In this document: in pieces, positions 12,201 through 24,200 of the stretch
How the letters are laid out: every line of letters begins with the position of its first letter
Numbering within the stretch: the stretch's first letter is position 1
From: Veleropilina oligotropha
Taxonomy: Eukaryota
DNA: 64,000 nucleotides
Assembly (NCBI GenBank): GCA_048128005.1
Contig: JBEUKZ010000031.1
Span: 1-64,000, forward strand
Direction of reading: 5' to 3'
Translations under genes and position numbers: made by a program
Notes under the pieces: model-generated
What the model saw: the letters and a program-made list of their open reading frames with translations, nothing else
Told to the model about the DNA's origin: nothing
The model's database searches: none

Positions 12201-15200
12201 ACACTGCTGTTGTGCTGGTAAACCAATGCCGTAGATCGATGCGATCCGTCCACTGCCCCGTCCGTTGTATCCAGCGATCCCTGAACGCCTGCTGCAACGG
12301 TCGTTTGTCCATGTGACCCGTCGGTAGCAGGGTCGCTACCGACTCGATGTGCCCTAGGACAGTGGCCAGTAGTCGCGCTGTAGTTACGTCCGATGACAGG
12401 GTGTCTTGGATAACCGCGCGTAGGTTCCGCATACGCTTCTGGGTCGGCTTCGCGGTGTACCGGACCGTATCGAAGACGACGCCGAGGAACGTAAACGTCG
12501 TCGAGGGCACGAAGCAGGATTTTGTCTCGTTGATCTGAAATCCCAGGCGCTTCGTCGATGACAGGGTAAAGCTCGTAGACCGGAGGCACAGATCCCGGGA
12601 CGCCCCGAGGATCAGCCAGTCGTCGAGGTACATATGTACCCTGTGCCCTAGAGAGTGTAGGAAGGCCCCTAGGGCCTGTACTGTTCTCGTGAAGACGTAA
12701 GGGGCTGACGATAGACCGAACGGTAGGCACCTGAATGGTAGATCGTCTCCCCGTGTATAAACCGAAGGTACTGATGAGCCGTGGCATGCATCGGGACATG
12801 CAGATACGCGTCGGTCAGATCGATAGACGCTGCCCAGGCGCCCGGACGGATGGCCGCTCGAATCTTCGAGAGGGTTTCGTGCTGGAATTTCTCGGTACGA
12901 AGATATCGGTTGAGATATGAGAGATCGAGGATCGGTCTCCAGCGGCCATCGGGTTTCGGGACCAGGAAGAAATGGCTGTAAAATCCTGGTGTGCTGGGCG
13001 GCGCGGGATATATCGCTCTTTTTAGGAGCAAATCCCGCACTGCCTGGTCTAAGACCGCTTGTTTCTCTCCGTTTAGGAGGCGAGCGTGTCTTGGTGGTGG
13101 TGCCTCGTTTAGGGTCGGATGCCGGTTGAACCAACTTGTATCCGGCACTCACGACGGAGGGACCCAGCTACTGTCTGGTAGTCTAGCCACGGCTGGCTGT
13201 ACGCTAACAGATACGCTTCCACCGGCGGAAGCGGGCAGCTGGGACTGTCGTGTGTGCCGGCAGCCCTAGGGCCGAGGCTTCCCTCTCCCGCTCTGACGGG
13301 AGCTTGTTGGAGGTGCTTGCCTACTCGGAGTGGGTTAATGGCCGGGGGCCTACCACCCGAAGAGGGCTTTGCACGCTTGGAAGGCGTCGGGGTCCGGGTG
13401 GGCCCTGAGCGCTTCCTCGAGTCGGCAGGTGGACCCCGGGTAGGGTGCAGTACCGCCTTCTCGATGGCACGGTCCTTCATGTCCGCCGCTCTCTTGTCGA
13501 CGAACTCCGTAAAGTTGTCGCCAAAAGGAGTGGTGGCCGAGCAAGGCACGCATCGCAACGAGCGCCGGGTGGCCTCATCTAGCGAGGTGCCTTCAAGGTA
13601 AGCGACCCTACGAAGTAGGAGTGCGTTACCCAGGACACGTCCCATCTCCAACGCGTTGGTCTCCATAACGGCAGCAACCTCCTGGAGGAAGGACAGGGCA
13701 GCCCACGGGCGCCGGGTCCATCCTCCTGTAATACGGCTATCGCCCCGTCTAGGAAAAATCCTGAACGGACGACAGCCGCAGAGCCCATCGGGCGGAGCTC
13801 TCGAAAGCTTCCAAGGCGAACCCAGGAACTCTCGCTACAGAGGGAGTGTGACTGGCGGGCAGTCAACGCAACGCTGCGTCAACACGAGCCGGCTCAGTCG
13901 CCAGGCACGGACCAGTACATGCGAACGGGATCGAACGCGAACTGGCCCGGAGGTACCTCCCACTACGGAACCCCGAAGGGTACTCGGTCAGTGGGGAGGA
14001 CTCCACCGGATTGCGCCCCCGACTGAGCTTGGTTGTCGAGTCAACACCCGATCAACCAGCCCAGACTGAGGTAAGGAAGGAAGCAAGGGGGCTTCCTTCT
14101 CAACAAACCGATGCGCCGCCGTCCTGTGCTTGACCGGGCCTACATACGACCGAGTCGGTTCCGGCAGGTCAAGCACCCCGCGAAGTGACGCAACAGCGTC
14201 GAGTTCGGCGGGTGGTGGAGGTCGGCTCTTGCGTGCCTGGAACGCGACCAGCGTCTTTGGGCCCGACCGATACAGGGAGGTCGGAGTGAGTGGAGTCGAG
14301 GTCCTCGTCGGAACGAGGTTCGATCCCCACCATGGAGGCAGGAGCCGTGCTCTGCGCCACAGGCAGAGGTGTAGGTACCTGGAGCGGCTAGGAAGCCGGT
14401 TGCCAGGCCCGACATCGGGACTCGAACTCCGCCGCGAACATAGCCTGGACGTTCTCTAAAGAGAAACCCGGAGGCATGACGGGCGTCGAACTAACAGCCG
14501 GTAGTTCGGTCGAAGTCACCGTGGCGCTAGGTAGACGGGCTGCATGGACAGGTGTAGCCGAGAACCCTATTTTAGGGTCTCGGGACACGTGTCGAGTGGT
14601 CGAACCCGAAAGAATGGCCCGGAGGCGCGTTCGGTGGGCCGGACGACCGGTAGGACTGCGGCAACAGTCCGTATCGGTCTACCACTCTGTTCGCGAGAGG
14701 CACGGTCGGAAAACCGCCGTAGAACCCCGTCCCGAACGCAGCCGGTCTGTCCACGTTCTCTAGCGTGACCATCGTGGGTGCACGGGAGAGAACGGGCCCT
14801 CTGAAAAGCTCGTGAGCATCGAGGTTGAGCGGAAAACCCTTAGGGGTAGTCGCGTCGGTCTCGAACGAGGATTCAGGGGTCGCCGATTGTCCGAGTCTTA
14901 GACCTACAAGTAGGTGCCCGGCCTCTTTAAAGGCTTTCTCTGCATTGAGTCTGTCCCCGTCGCTAGACGGAGAGTTTCTCGCAGAAGGACTAACTGTCCC
15001 CTATTCTTCGAGGCCGAAGAAAAGGATGGGGAATGTCTGCCCTGTTCAGCGGTTCGCTGCGTTGCCAGATATACCTTGCTAGCCGGCAAGGTATGGTTGG
15101 CTGCAGTTACTAGGCCCGTTTTAGGAGGATCGAACAGCACTCGGGCTCCTACCTGAATCTGGGGTCCCGGCAAGGTTACGGCGACTCTCCATGAGTCGCG

Positions 15201-18200
15201 GAGGTTACGCCGGTAGATCCGGCGACAGACGGCCCTTAAGGTCTACTGTCGTCCAGCGTCCCTGAAGTAGACAAAATTTACGTTAATTCCCTTTAACCTA
15301 CCATTTTGTCCCTTCTCGGGGGAGAACCCACCGTGGTAACCGTACTGGACGGCGTCATCGGTGGATATACGATCGCCCACTGCCTGCTGTTAAATCTAGG
15401 CACAGTTCACATATATATATATATATATACGGTGAACACGGCATTCCGTGCGCCTAGAAATCCGTGAAACTTCGGGTTACACCCGGAGTTGCACCGGACC
15501 ATACTTCCCTCTCCCTGAATACACGGGAGGGTAGTAGTGGGTGGAACGGGGTAGTTAAAAGTATATATTTGGTAGTTGTGACTATTTACTACGACAACTC
15601 TTAAAAATTGCCCTGATCTGAAGATCAAAGATCAGACGATATACCGCAAAAAACCCCGAGCTGGGAACACCGAGGCCGGGTATTTACCCGACACGACCCG
15701 GTAAAAAAACCAGGCAAATTGACTAGAACAAACGGGGGTTCTCTCTTAGAAAAAACCGCCCAGAAAAACACCTGAAAACCTCGTGGATGTGTTTATGTTA
15801 GTACAATTGTGTATTATCCCAGAAACGGCAGGATAACAGAAAAACGCAAGCGTGATATCTAAACGATCCTGCCTATTAACGACGCTAGAATTTTTATACA
15901 ATAATAACCAGCAATAGCGTCGTTAAGGAATTATCCAATATAATGAGTTACCTGTTTTGCAGTCTCAAACAATATCAGATAAAAATACCGACCAGAAATT
16001 TCTTCTTATTACACGAAACTTCCCCTCTGAGCGGCCATGCTTTTCCTGCAACAGCGGCGATGTCGGTTTCACTTGATTTTCAGAACTTCTCGAAGTTTTA
16101 GAATCACAATCTTCCTATATTCACTTGTGTTTTAGATATCCACAACACAGGGTATATTCCACAACTTATATATTAATATATAAGAATTATAGCGTCCTCG
16201 ATTTAACGTATAAACCGGCGGACATTTCGAAATATTTGCGGAGCAAAAAACACGTCTTTCCGTCTCGGCGGAAAACTTTGAATTGATGTCTGGTGACTTG
16301 ATAGCCCGGATGTCTCGCGAGACTTGGCGAGATCTCGCTGGAGGAACTTAGAGAGGGGAAGCAGGGGGGGTGATCGTGGTATATTTTGACTTAATTAGTG
16401 CATAAATGTGACTTTATTCACTGTTTCCGGTTAGCGATAATATGACTATTATGGCAAGAGTAAGGACGTAAGTAAGTTTGTAACTACATATACAGGACAT
16501 TAAGCATCATTCCTCCCTCCCTCTTATTACATGAATACAAATCCGGGATATCCATAAACATCGATATTATTTTAGTGATTAGCAGTACCTTGCATGCAAT
16601 AGGATCGTAGGTGGAATATTCCCGCATTCCTACCAGGAAAACAAGATTGGAAGCTGCTAACGCAATGCATAAATTAATAAGGATCTTCGAAGGGTTGTCT
16701 CGCCTCAGCTTCCTGCAAAATGAAATAACAATTTTGAGGGACCATCATATTTTTAGAAAAGAACACAAGATTCGCTATCATTCAGAGACTAGTGATGCAA
16801 ATAACCTCTTATTTGAAGCGATTATTCTACTTTATTCATAATTATACAGATCTTAAATCACGCGTTAAAATAGTGGAAATATATGTTTAAAGGTTTATAT
16901 ATATATATATAAATAAAACTCATTTGTTTATTAAAATATGTGTTTAGAAAACATTCATAAGATTTTGCTAAAATTACTATCTCCAAATTAGTAAAAAATG
17001 TCAAGATATTGATTTATTTTCGTTTCTTGCATTGATAATTGTAACAGTTAAACCAACATTTGCACGTGGTGCTAGATCTTACCTAAACAAAACATAGGTG
17101 AGAATCGTGAGTAGCAGTCCAATGAGGGACAAGGCGCAACCCACGTCAGAGATTACGGACAGAATGTAAGTATGTAAAGAGCTGCCTTGCTGATTACTGT
17201 AAATGTCCTGTAAACATATAACATAGAATGAAAAGTACAGTCAGTATCGATGTATCGAGCTTCAGCGTACAATAAACACTAATAAATCAATTTACACTGA
17301 CGCCGAGGACGGAATCGGTATTCAATATAATCAATATAAAGGAACGAAGTATTACTAGTATGTGTAGATGTTGGAGTAACCATCTTTGATGAGACCATCA
17401 TTATCTATTTCTTTGAATAGTCGCTACATTGTGGTATCCGTGAGCGATAATCCAATACTCAATACTGAATCATTATTTGAAACTTCTTAAAGACTGCTAT
17501 AAAATCAATAAAGTGATATTCTGTGAAACTATTTTCAATCTGCATTAAAATTATAAAAAAGTAAATAAATATGCATAGCAACAATCAATTACTTTGTTGT
17601 TTCTGTATAGTAGCATCGTCTTTTCATATGGCGAGCCTTTGATGTCTCGTCACAATTCCATTTATACATGACATTACAACTTCAAACATTATTTCATAGT
17701 ATGTGACAATTTATTCGATTCAAAATACTCAGAAAATAATAATGTCATACATGCACATGTTTTCATTATGCAATATCTCACTGGAATGATAAATTATGCA
17801 TTTTTTATTTATATTAATTCCACCATCCCATTAAGAAACATGCGTTCAAACTGCTGAACCTACCATTAACAATGCAAAATTGGTTAGGTGGTTGCAAGCG
17901 CAGGTTGTTGAGTTGGAATCCGTCTGGTTTCTATATATTTGGCATCCTTCGGCGGACCAGCCACCTTGATCGCCAAACATCCCTTCTTGCCAGTAAACAC
18001 AGCGAGGGTTGGTGCTCTGGGATCGAACATACATGAGATATAGATCGATTTTATGCAAAAGTCGTAAAACCAGTCTAAGATGAAATAAAACCCAATGTTC
18101 TACTGTTGAGTTAAAAATTCAAATGATATTTAATGACCACACCAAAAAAGATTTAGTCACAAACGGGTCAATAAAATTTGAATTATGTTCATGGGAAACG

Positions 18201-21200
18201 TACTTACTCACTCGGACATCTGGACGCCTTCCGAATAAAAGGACATTTGAATTCGATGACAATTTTTGCGATATTATCTTGACAATGAACTAATACTCAT
18301 TTGTCGGTAAGAAACATAACGTTATTGTGATACAATAGGCTTAATCTATTTTGCAATGCCACTTACGTTACTTATATGCTGAAAGGTCATCATAACAGGT
18401 GTGGTCAGGCCTTTAATCACAACATTTGGCACACCAGCAGCTATGACGTAACTGTTTATTTTTGTGACGAATGCACTTGACTTGCTATCATCAACCAGTA
18501 TATCCTCAAAGACAACAGGTTGCGTTTCGCTTGAGTCTGTGCCGCTTGTTTCTTCTGATTCCGATGGATTTCCCGTATGGTTCGACCTTGCCTGGCTGAT
18601 CGCCTAACAGTATATAGTGTATAACATTTTAGTGCTTTAAATATTTAATGATGTATTAATGAAAATCTTACAGTATCTACATCTCAGGTAATCTTGATTT
18701 GATTTGATTGCAAATCGATGTGTTGGTTACAACGAATGTGTTTATAGGGCACATGCACAATATGACAACACCACAAACATAAGCAATATTTGAAAATTAA
18801 TTGATACTGTGTAATGCATACTAGTAGAAGAAAGGTTGTAAAGAGTATGAAAGCAACGAGAAAAATCTCCCATAGTAATATCTATTTCTCGTTTTAAATT
18901 ATTAAAGATAAATTAATGATTTCAGTTCGTTGCCTCCGAAATATAATGCTCAAAGCAAGAAAGTATTTGTAAAGTCCTATATTGAATTCAGACATCACAA
19001 TGCGCTTATAGGCTACATACCGAGAATATTTTGTCCGTTTGGTAAACCGAAAATGTAACCCGATTCGCAGTTTGGATGTCAGCAGCGGACAATTGCAAAA
19101 ATAGAGATGGTGGTAAAACGATCGCAGCCGCGGCATCCTGTCCTGCATCCTGCGGTGACTCTAATATATGTATCTAGAGAAGATAATATGTGATATAAAT
19201 GGTCTGCATCGAGAGGGAAATGGTCGATATCATATTGTATTTAATGACAGTGCTTTTTTTAATTACAGCATCAGCTTGAGTTAAAACGGCATTACTGTAA
19301 ATTTTATAAATTATGTTTAAAAACTTTTCAGGGTCATTTCATATGTATCTCACTTTAGATTAAACTTTCGGCGTCAACAATAATAGACATTTTGGAAAAC
19401 ACTAAATGCACATTCTAGACCGAGTCATTTTCATACATACGCTAGATGGTGGTATCTTGTCCGCAGAAATTGCGGAAGAGTCCATGGTAAACGACATCCC
19501 AGTAAAGTTTCCAGTGTCTACTGGCTGTGAGGACAGAGCGATGTTTGGATGGACTTGATAAAGAGGACCATCCGCTAGATTTGCCTTCGTCAGAACGTTA
19601 TCTACACTTTGCAGGAGTCTGCATAAAAAGGTGAAGGAATGCAACATTATGGATTAGAAAATGAAAATCAATAAAAAAATTAGCGCTTTTTCGGTACTTC
19701 CCCACAGCTCCGGCTTTTACTCAACTTTGAAAATCCGGATTTTCATCTCCTTTACATCGAATGCTACCAGTAAGTTTTCATTCATATTATGAATAAAAAC
19801 AATATTCAATTCTATATTTTCAACGATTAGCGAACCCTGCTTACCTAACCCAATTCAATTCTATATTTTCAACGATTAGCGAACCCTGCTTACCTAACCC
19901 TAATGCCATACAGGGCAACATTGTATTTTATTTGGAAACTGACAAGGCAGATAACACGCGGAGTGTGAAAATTTAAGACGAATACAAGCCGGAGCTCCTT
20001 AAATATGTATAAAAGCCGGATCTGTGGGGAAGTACCGAAAGAGCACAAAAATTATGAACTGAATTAAAAAGACTTCGATATAACCGGTCAGACGCATCGA
20101 CCATAATCTTTCATTATTTTCGTCCGGCTTGTGCCTTCTAATCTACCAATTTTTTATGTCATTTGGCCGTCTTACCCTAAAACGCATCTCACATTTTAGT
20201 AGTTCCTACAGCTCGGTTATGATTTTTCGCTTTTCTAAGTTGAGTTATCCATGTTTCTTGACACGACAATTAAGTCGCGAGACTATCGCACGATAGAAAA
20301 GGGGTCCTATAAATAGTCACAGCCTCGTTCAAGAAAATCAAACTGCAGTGATTTTCATTGAATTTCAGTGTAAACGGACTAATTCAAATATTAACAGCCG
20401 ATATCACAATATGATACAGTCATGTGAAGACGGTTTTAACAACACGCCGCCTCATCCATGAAACTGCCAATGATGTATCACTGTAGGCAGGTCCTTCCGA
20501 TTTTAACGTCCTGTTGTTCTTTTGTGAGGAAAAATTCGATCGAAAGTCGGTAGATGAACGGCAGACTACATAGACTTTACTAAAATGTCCTTAAATTCGT
20601 GTTCCGTTGATCTTCTTTTCTTACCTAGTAGCCGATAAATTGTCTTGTTCGGCAGAGACTAGCTCCTTCATAGGAACACCCAGAACGTTGCTCACTGTTC
20701 CCACTATGTTAGAAATAGCAACATGGGACAGATTTGCAGCCGATTTCTGTAGCATTATTTCCATTATTGTCAATGTTAACGACACGTCGCCTTGGGTGAA
20801 ATCAATGAAGTTGGTCGTTATATCATTCAGTTGTGATGAAACTGAGTCTGTGTTATCTGAAAATGTCGAAAAAATGAAACAACACATTTTCGCTATCATG
20901 GTAAATTCTCAGTAGACGAATCTTTCGAAATCGTGCATTCTGCATCAAATATCAATGAATCTATTAAATGCTACGTGATCGAGATATGAAGATTTTTGGT
21001 GTGATTTGATTATTTGTAACGGTGTTTAGACCAACTTATGTACTGTAATCCTAATATAATGAATACATCTTGCGTAGCATTCGAATTCGGATTTCTGGTT
21101 TTGTTGTACAGCACTATACCCACTCAGCCACGTGAAGAAAGCGATATACTTACTATTCGTTATTGTCACGTCTATCAAGTCATTTAGCTGCTGTGTGATT

Positions 21201-24200
21201 TCGCTTTTAAATTTGCATTTGACATCATCTGGTATATTCCAACCTGGCGTTCCGTCTTCTGACATCGCACTGAAGTATAAATTATCTATTCATTTCTTCT
21301 GTCTGATATAATATGTACATGCATTTGTTTATTGCTTGCCATCTTGCTTCCAAGCAGATGCTTGTTTCAGAATAACATTATATCTATTACTCAAATATTC
21401 TCAAAACGAACGCCAATGCATGATCATTCCGAATGATTTTCATATAGATCAGATTCGAAATGATTTCAGATTAATTGTTTGGTATTGCATGGATCCGGTT
21501 TTGACATTTGGCCTTGTATACTTGGGATTATGTTGAAACTTGTATACAGTTTATACAATAAGATGGGTTGCGACACACGTTCTTGTTATTAAATAGGTTG
21601 CGAGGACAATCCTTACCATAGTCGAGTAGCTATCGCGTTGTGAGTAATAGCTGGTGGCTGTTTGGGACAAACGAAACTTGCTGTTTCGCCTTCCAGAGTT
21701 GTCTTCCAGTAAAAGTCTCCTTTTCCTCCCGAAGTCATACTCTCAAGACATAATCCTACAAGAATCCACACAAAATATCTCCCATTACGTGATAACATAT
21801 TCGCTTTGAAATCCGAACATGACAAGCAGATATAGCGTCTAGGAAAATGATTTACAAACGATTCTCAGTATAATCGACGCAACCAGAAACTATTATTATA
21901 TGTGTTCCTAATAATTGTACATAATGAGTCAATTTGTAGCATTAACGCAATTTATATTAAAATAATAAAAAATATCAGTCAGAAAACTTTGTTAATATGA
22001 TTCTACGATATGCATACCGTTGCTGGTGACTTTGACATCTGATGGCAAGATGTCAGGTAATCGGAGTGACTCGACTGCGTTTATAAGTGCATTGCGGACA
22101 AAATACCACACGTCCACCTTGTCATAAGACGACGGGGTAAGGCTGGTGATATTTACCGATGCCGTAATATTAGGTGGACTGTAAATAAATGGATAATATT
22201 TACGTTTACAAATTTGTGTTAATTTTGTTTTTCCTAATACACATCTTTACCATAAAACGATAAATGATGTATTTAGTTAATCTTAGATAAAATATAACAC
22301 ACAAAACAGAGATACTAGTCAACAACATTTAAATATGATGTTAAATATTTTCATTTAAACATTTTCAATAAGATGTCATTAAAATAGTGATTCTAAATTT
22401 TGTAAACAACATAATATAAGTACAATTTTATGACACCAAAGCGCGTGTCAGAAGTAAAACTATAATTTATGCGGCTATTTCTTACCGAAATAACGTGACA
22501 TGTGCACCATAAGAACCGTTTTGTCCTGATAAAATGTTGATAATCTGAAAATAAGAAATTGTCAAATAAATATATAAAATGTGTCTGTGGTTTGGTTTGA
22601 ATGTATCCTTGTTCCCCATTTTACACCATCTCTCATGATCATGCCTACAGAACAGCGACGTAGAGCGTTATGTTGTTACTCGAATAGATTCGTGTAATAA
22701 TTTACAATTTGTGTCATAAATACATTTACTGCAAATCTTAATCATATGATGATTATGACGGATTCGAGCATTCATACATACCAGGGTATGCCCATATTAT
22801 CGTTGAAGGAAAACCATGTCATCAGGGAACAATCACCGAAACCGACCAATCAGGGAACAATCACCGAAACCGACCAATCAGGGAACAATCACCGAAACCG
22901 ACCAATCAGGGAACAATCACCGAAACCGACCAATCAGGGAACAATCACCGAAACCGACCAATCAGGGAACAATCACCGAAACCGACCAATCAGGGAACAA
23001 TCACCGAAACTGACCAATCAGGGAACAATCACCGAAACCGACCAATCAGGGAACAATCACCGAAACCGACCAATCAGGGAACAATCACCGAAACCGACCA
23101 ATTATGGACAACAGTTACTGTTAACTTTACGAAGAACCGAATAAACGATTCTAACCGAATAGTGCGAAGCAGAGCAGTCAGGCCAGTGACTTATGGATCA
23201 CTCTTTATCTACTCTGCCTTCGAGTGAACATGCATGAAATGGTGAACAATTAACATTGGATGGCAAGAACACCATACAGCAAATTTCAAATAAGATCAGA
23301 GACCATTAGTTCAGAGGTCTCTTTGGCAGAATAACAAATGAATTTATTTCAACTGGTCAAAGGGGGATAAAGTGAGATAAATAAATCAGAAAAATTAGCA
23401 ATTAAAATACGTTCGTAGCATTATAAGACAGCATTTCAGGTTGACCAGCACGCTATTGCAAGAATAGTTCACCTTTGATTCAATGTCTTTTGCCAGTTTC
23501 TTAAACGTTAACGAAGCAACATGTTTTAACTCCGCCATCCATTTCCTCTGCATAACAAACTCCAGGTAAAAATCAAATGATTTTATATTGCCTAAAAGAG
23601 GAAAAGATAGCAGCTACAATTGTATATTCTTACAAACGTTTAACATCGGTTACATTGCATAGACTCAAAACATGGCCTATACAGTATGCTAGTGATAAAA
23701 ATACTAATTGCTACCACTAACTGGTGATTGTCCACCGTCCATGTTATTGACAGCATTTATGCCTCTAGAGACTAATTCCAAATTTGTCAAAAAACGATGC
23801 TTTAAAAATGTTAATATTCGAACTTATCTACCTCATGATATGGTTAGTTGACCTGTAGACATTACGAAAGCCTGCTTCAACTAATGGGAAAGTAGTAATG
23901 AGAGAAATCAGAACATTTATGCTGCAATGATATAATTTCATATATGTCTGATTTATTGCACTACGGACGCTTTGTCAACTCGTATATAGGTACCTCCCAG
24001 GTCTTTACTGTTGCATAGCCGATCGATGCAGCAGTAGTTGCAGGTGTAGTTACTCGTCTCAATAGCGCAGGTGTTGTCGTTGTTGGCTTCCAATGAGTTA
24101 CAATCACTACTATTTAAGCAGAATTTTTTCACCTTTAGGTAACCATGTTCAAATGTGACAGATTCTGCACATTTCACCTACAAACACCATGTATATAATT

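Larger units (their letters stand above)
9134..16491 (-). mobile_element. Full-length DIRS1-type tyrosine-recombinase retrotransposon (coding-defective)
   Basis: ~201-bp ITRs (9173-9373 and 16274-16474, one mismatch seen); internal complementary region ~9433-9520; gag, RT/RNase H, methyltransferase-like and YR remnants on the minus strand; GC-rich body. Confidence 0.96.

Noticed and set aside
11305..15156. Many plus-strand ORFs over the DIRS body
   Set aside because: Antisense shadows of GC-rich coding sequence with no recognisable motifs.
22821..23101. 28-bp repeat as a CRISPR array or repetitive protein (ORFs 22746..23144, 22816..23013)
   Set aside because: Head-to-tail units with no spacers, eukaryotic intron context; the ORFs are by-products of the repeat.
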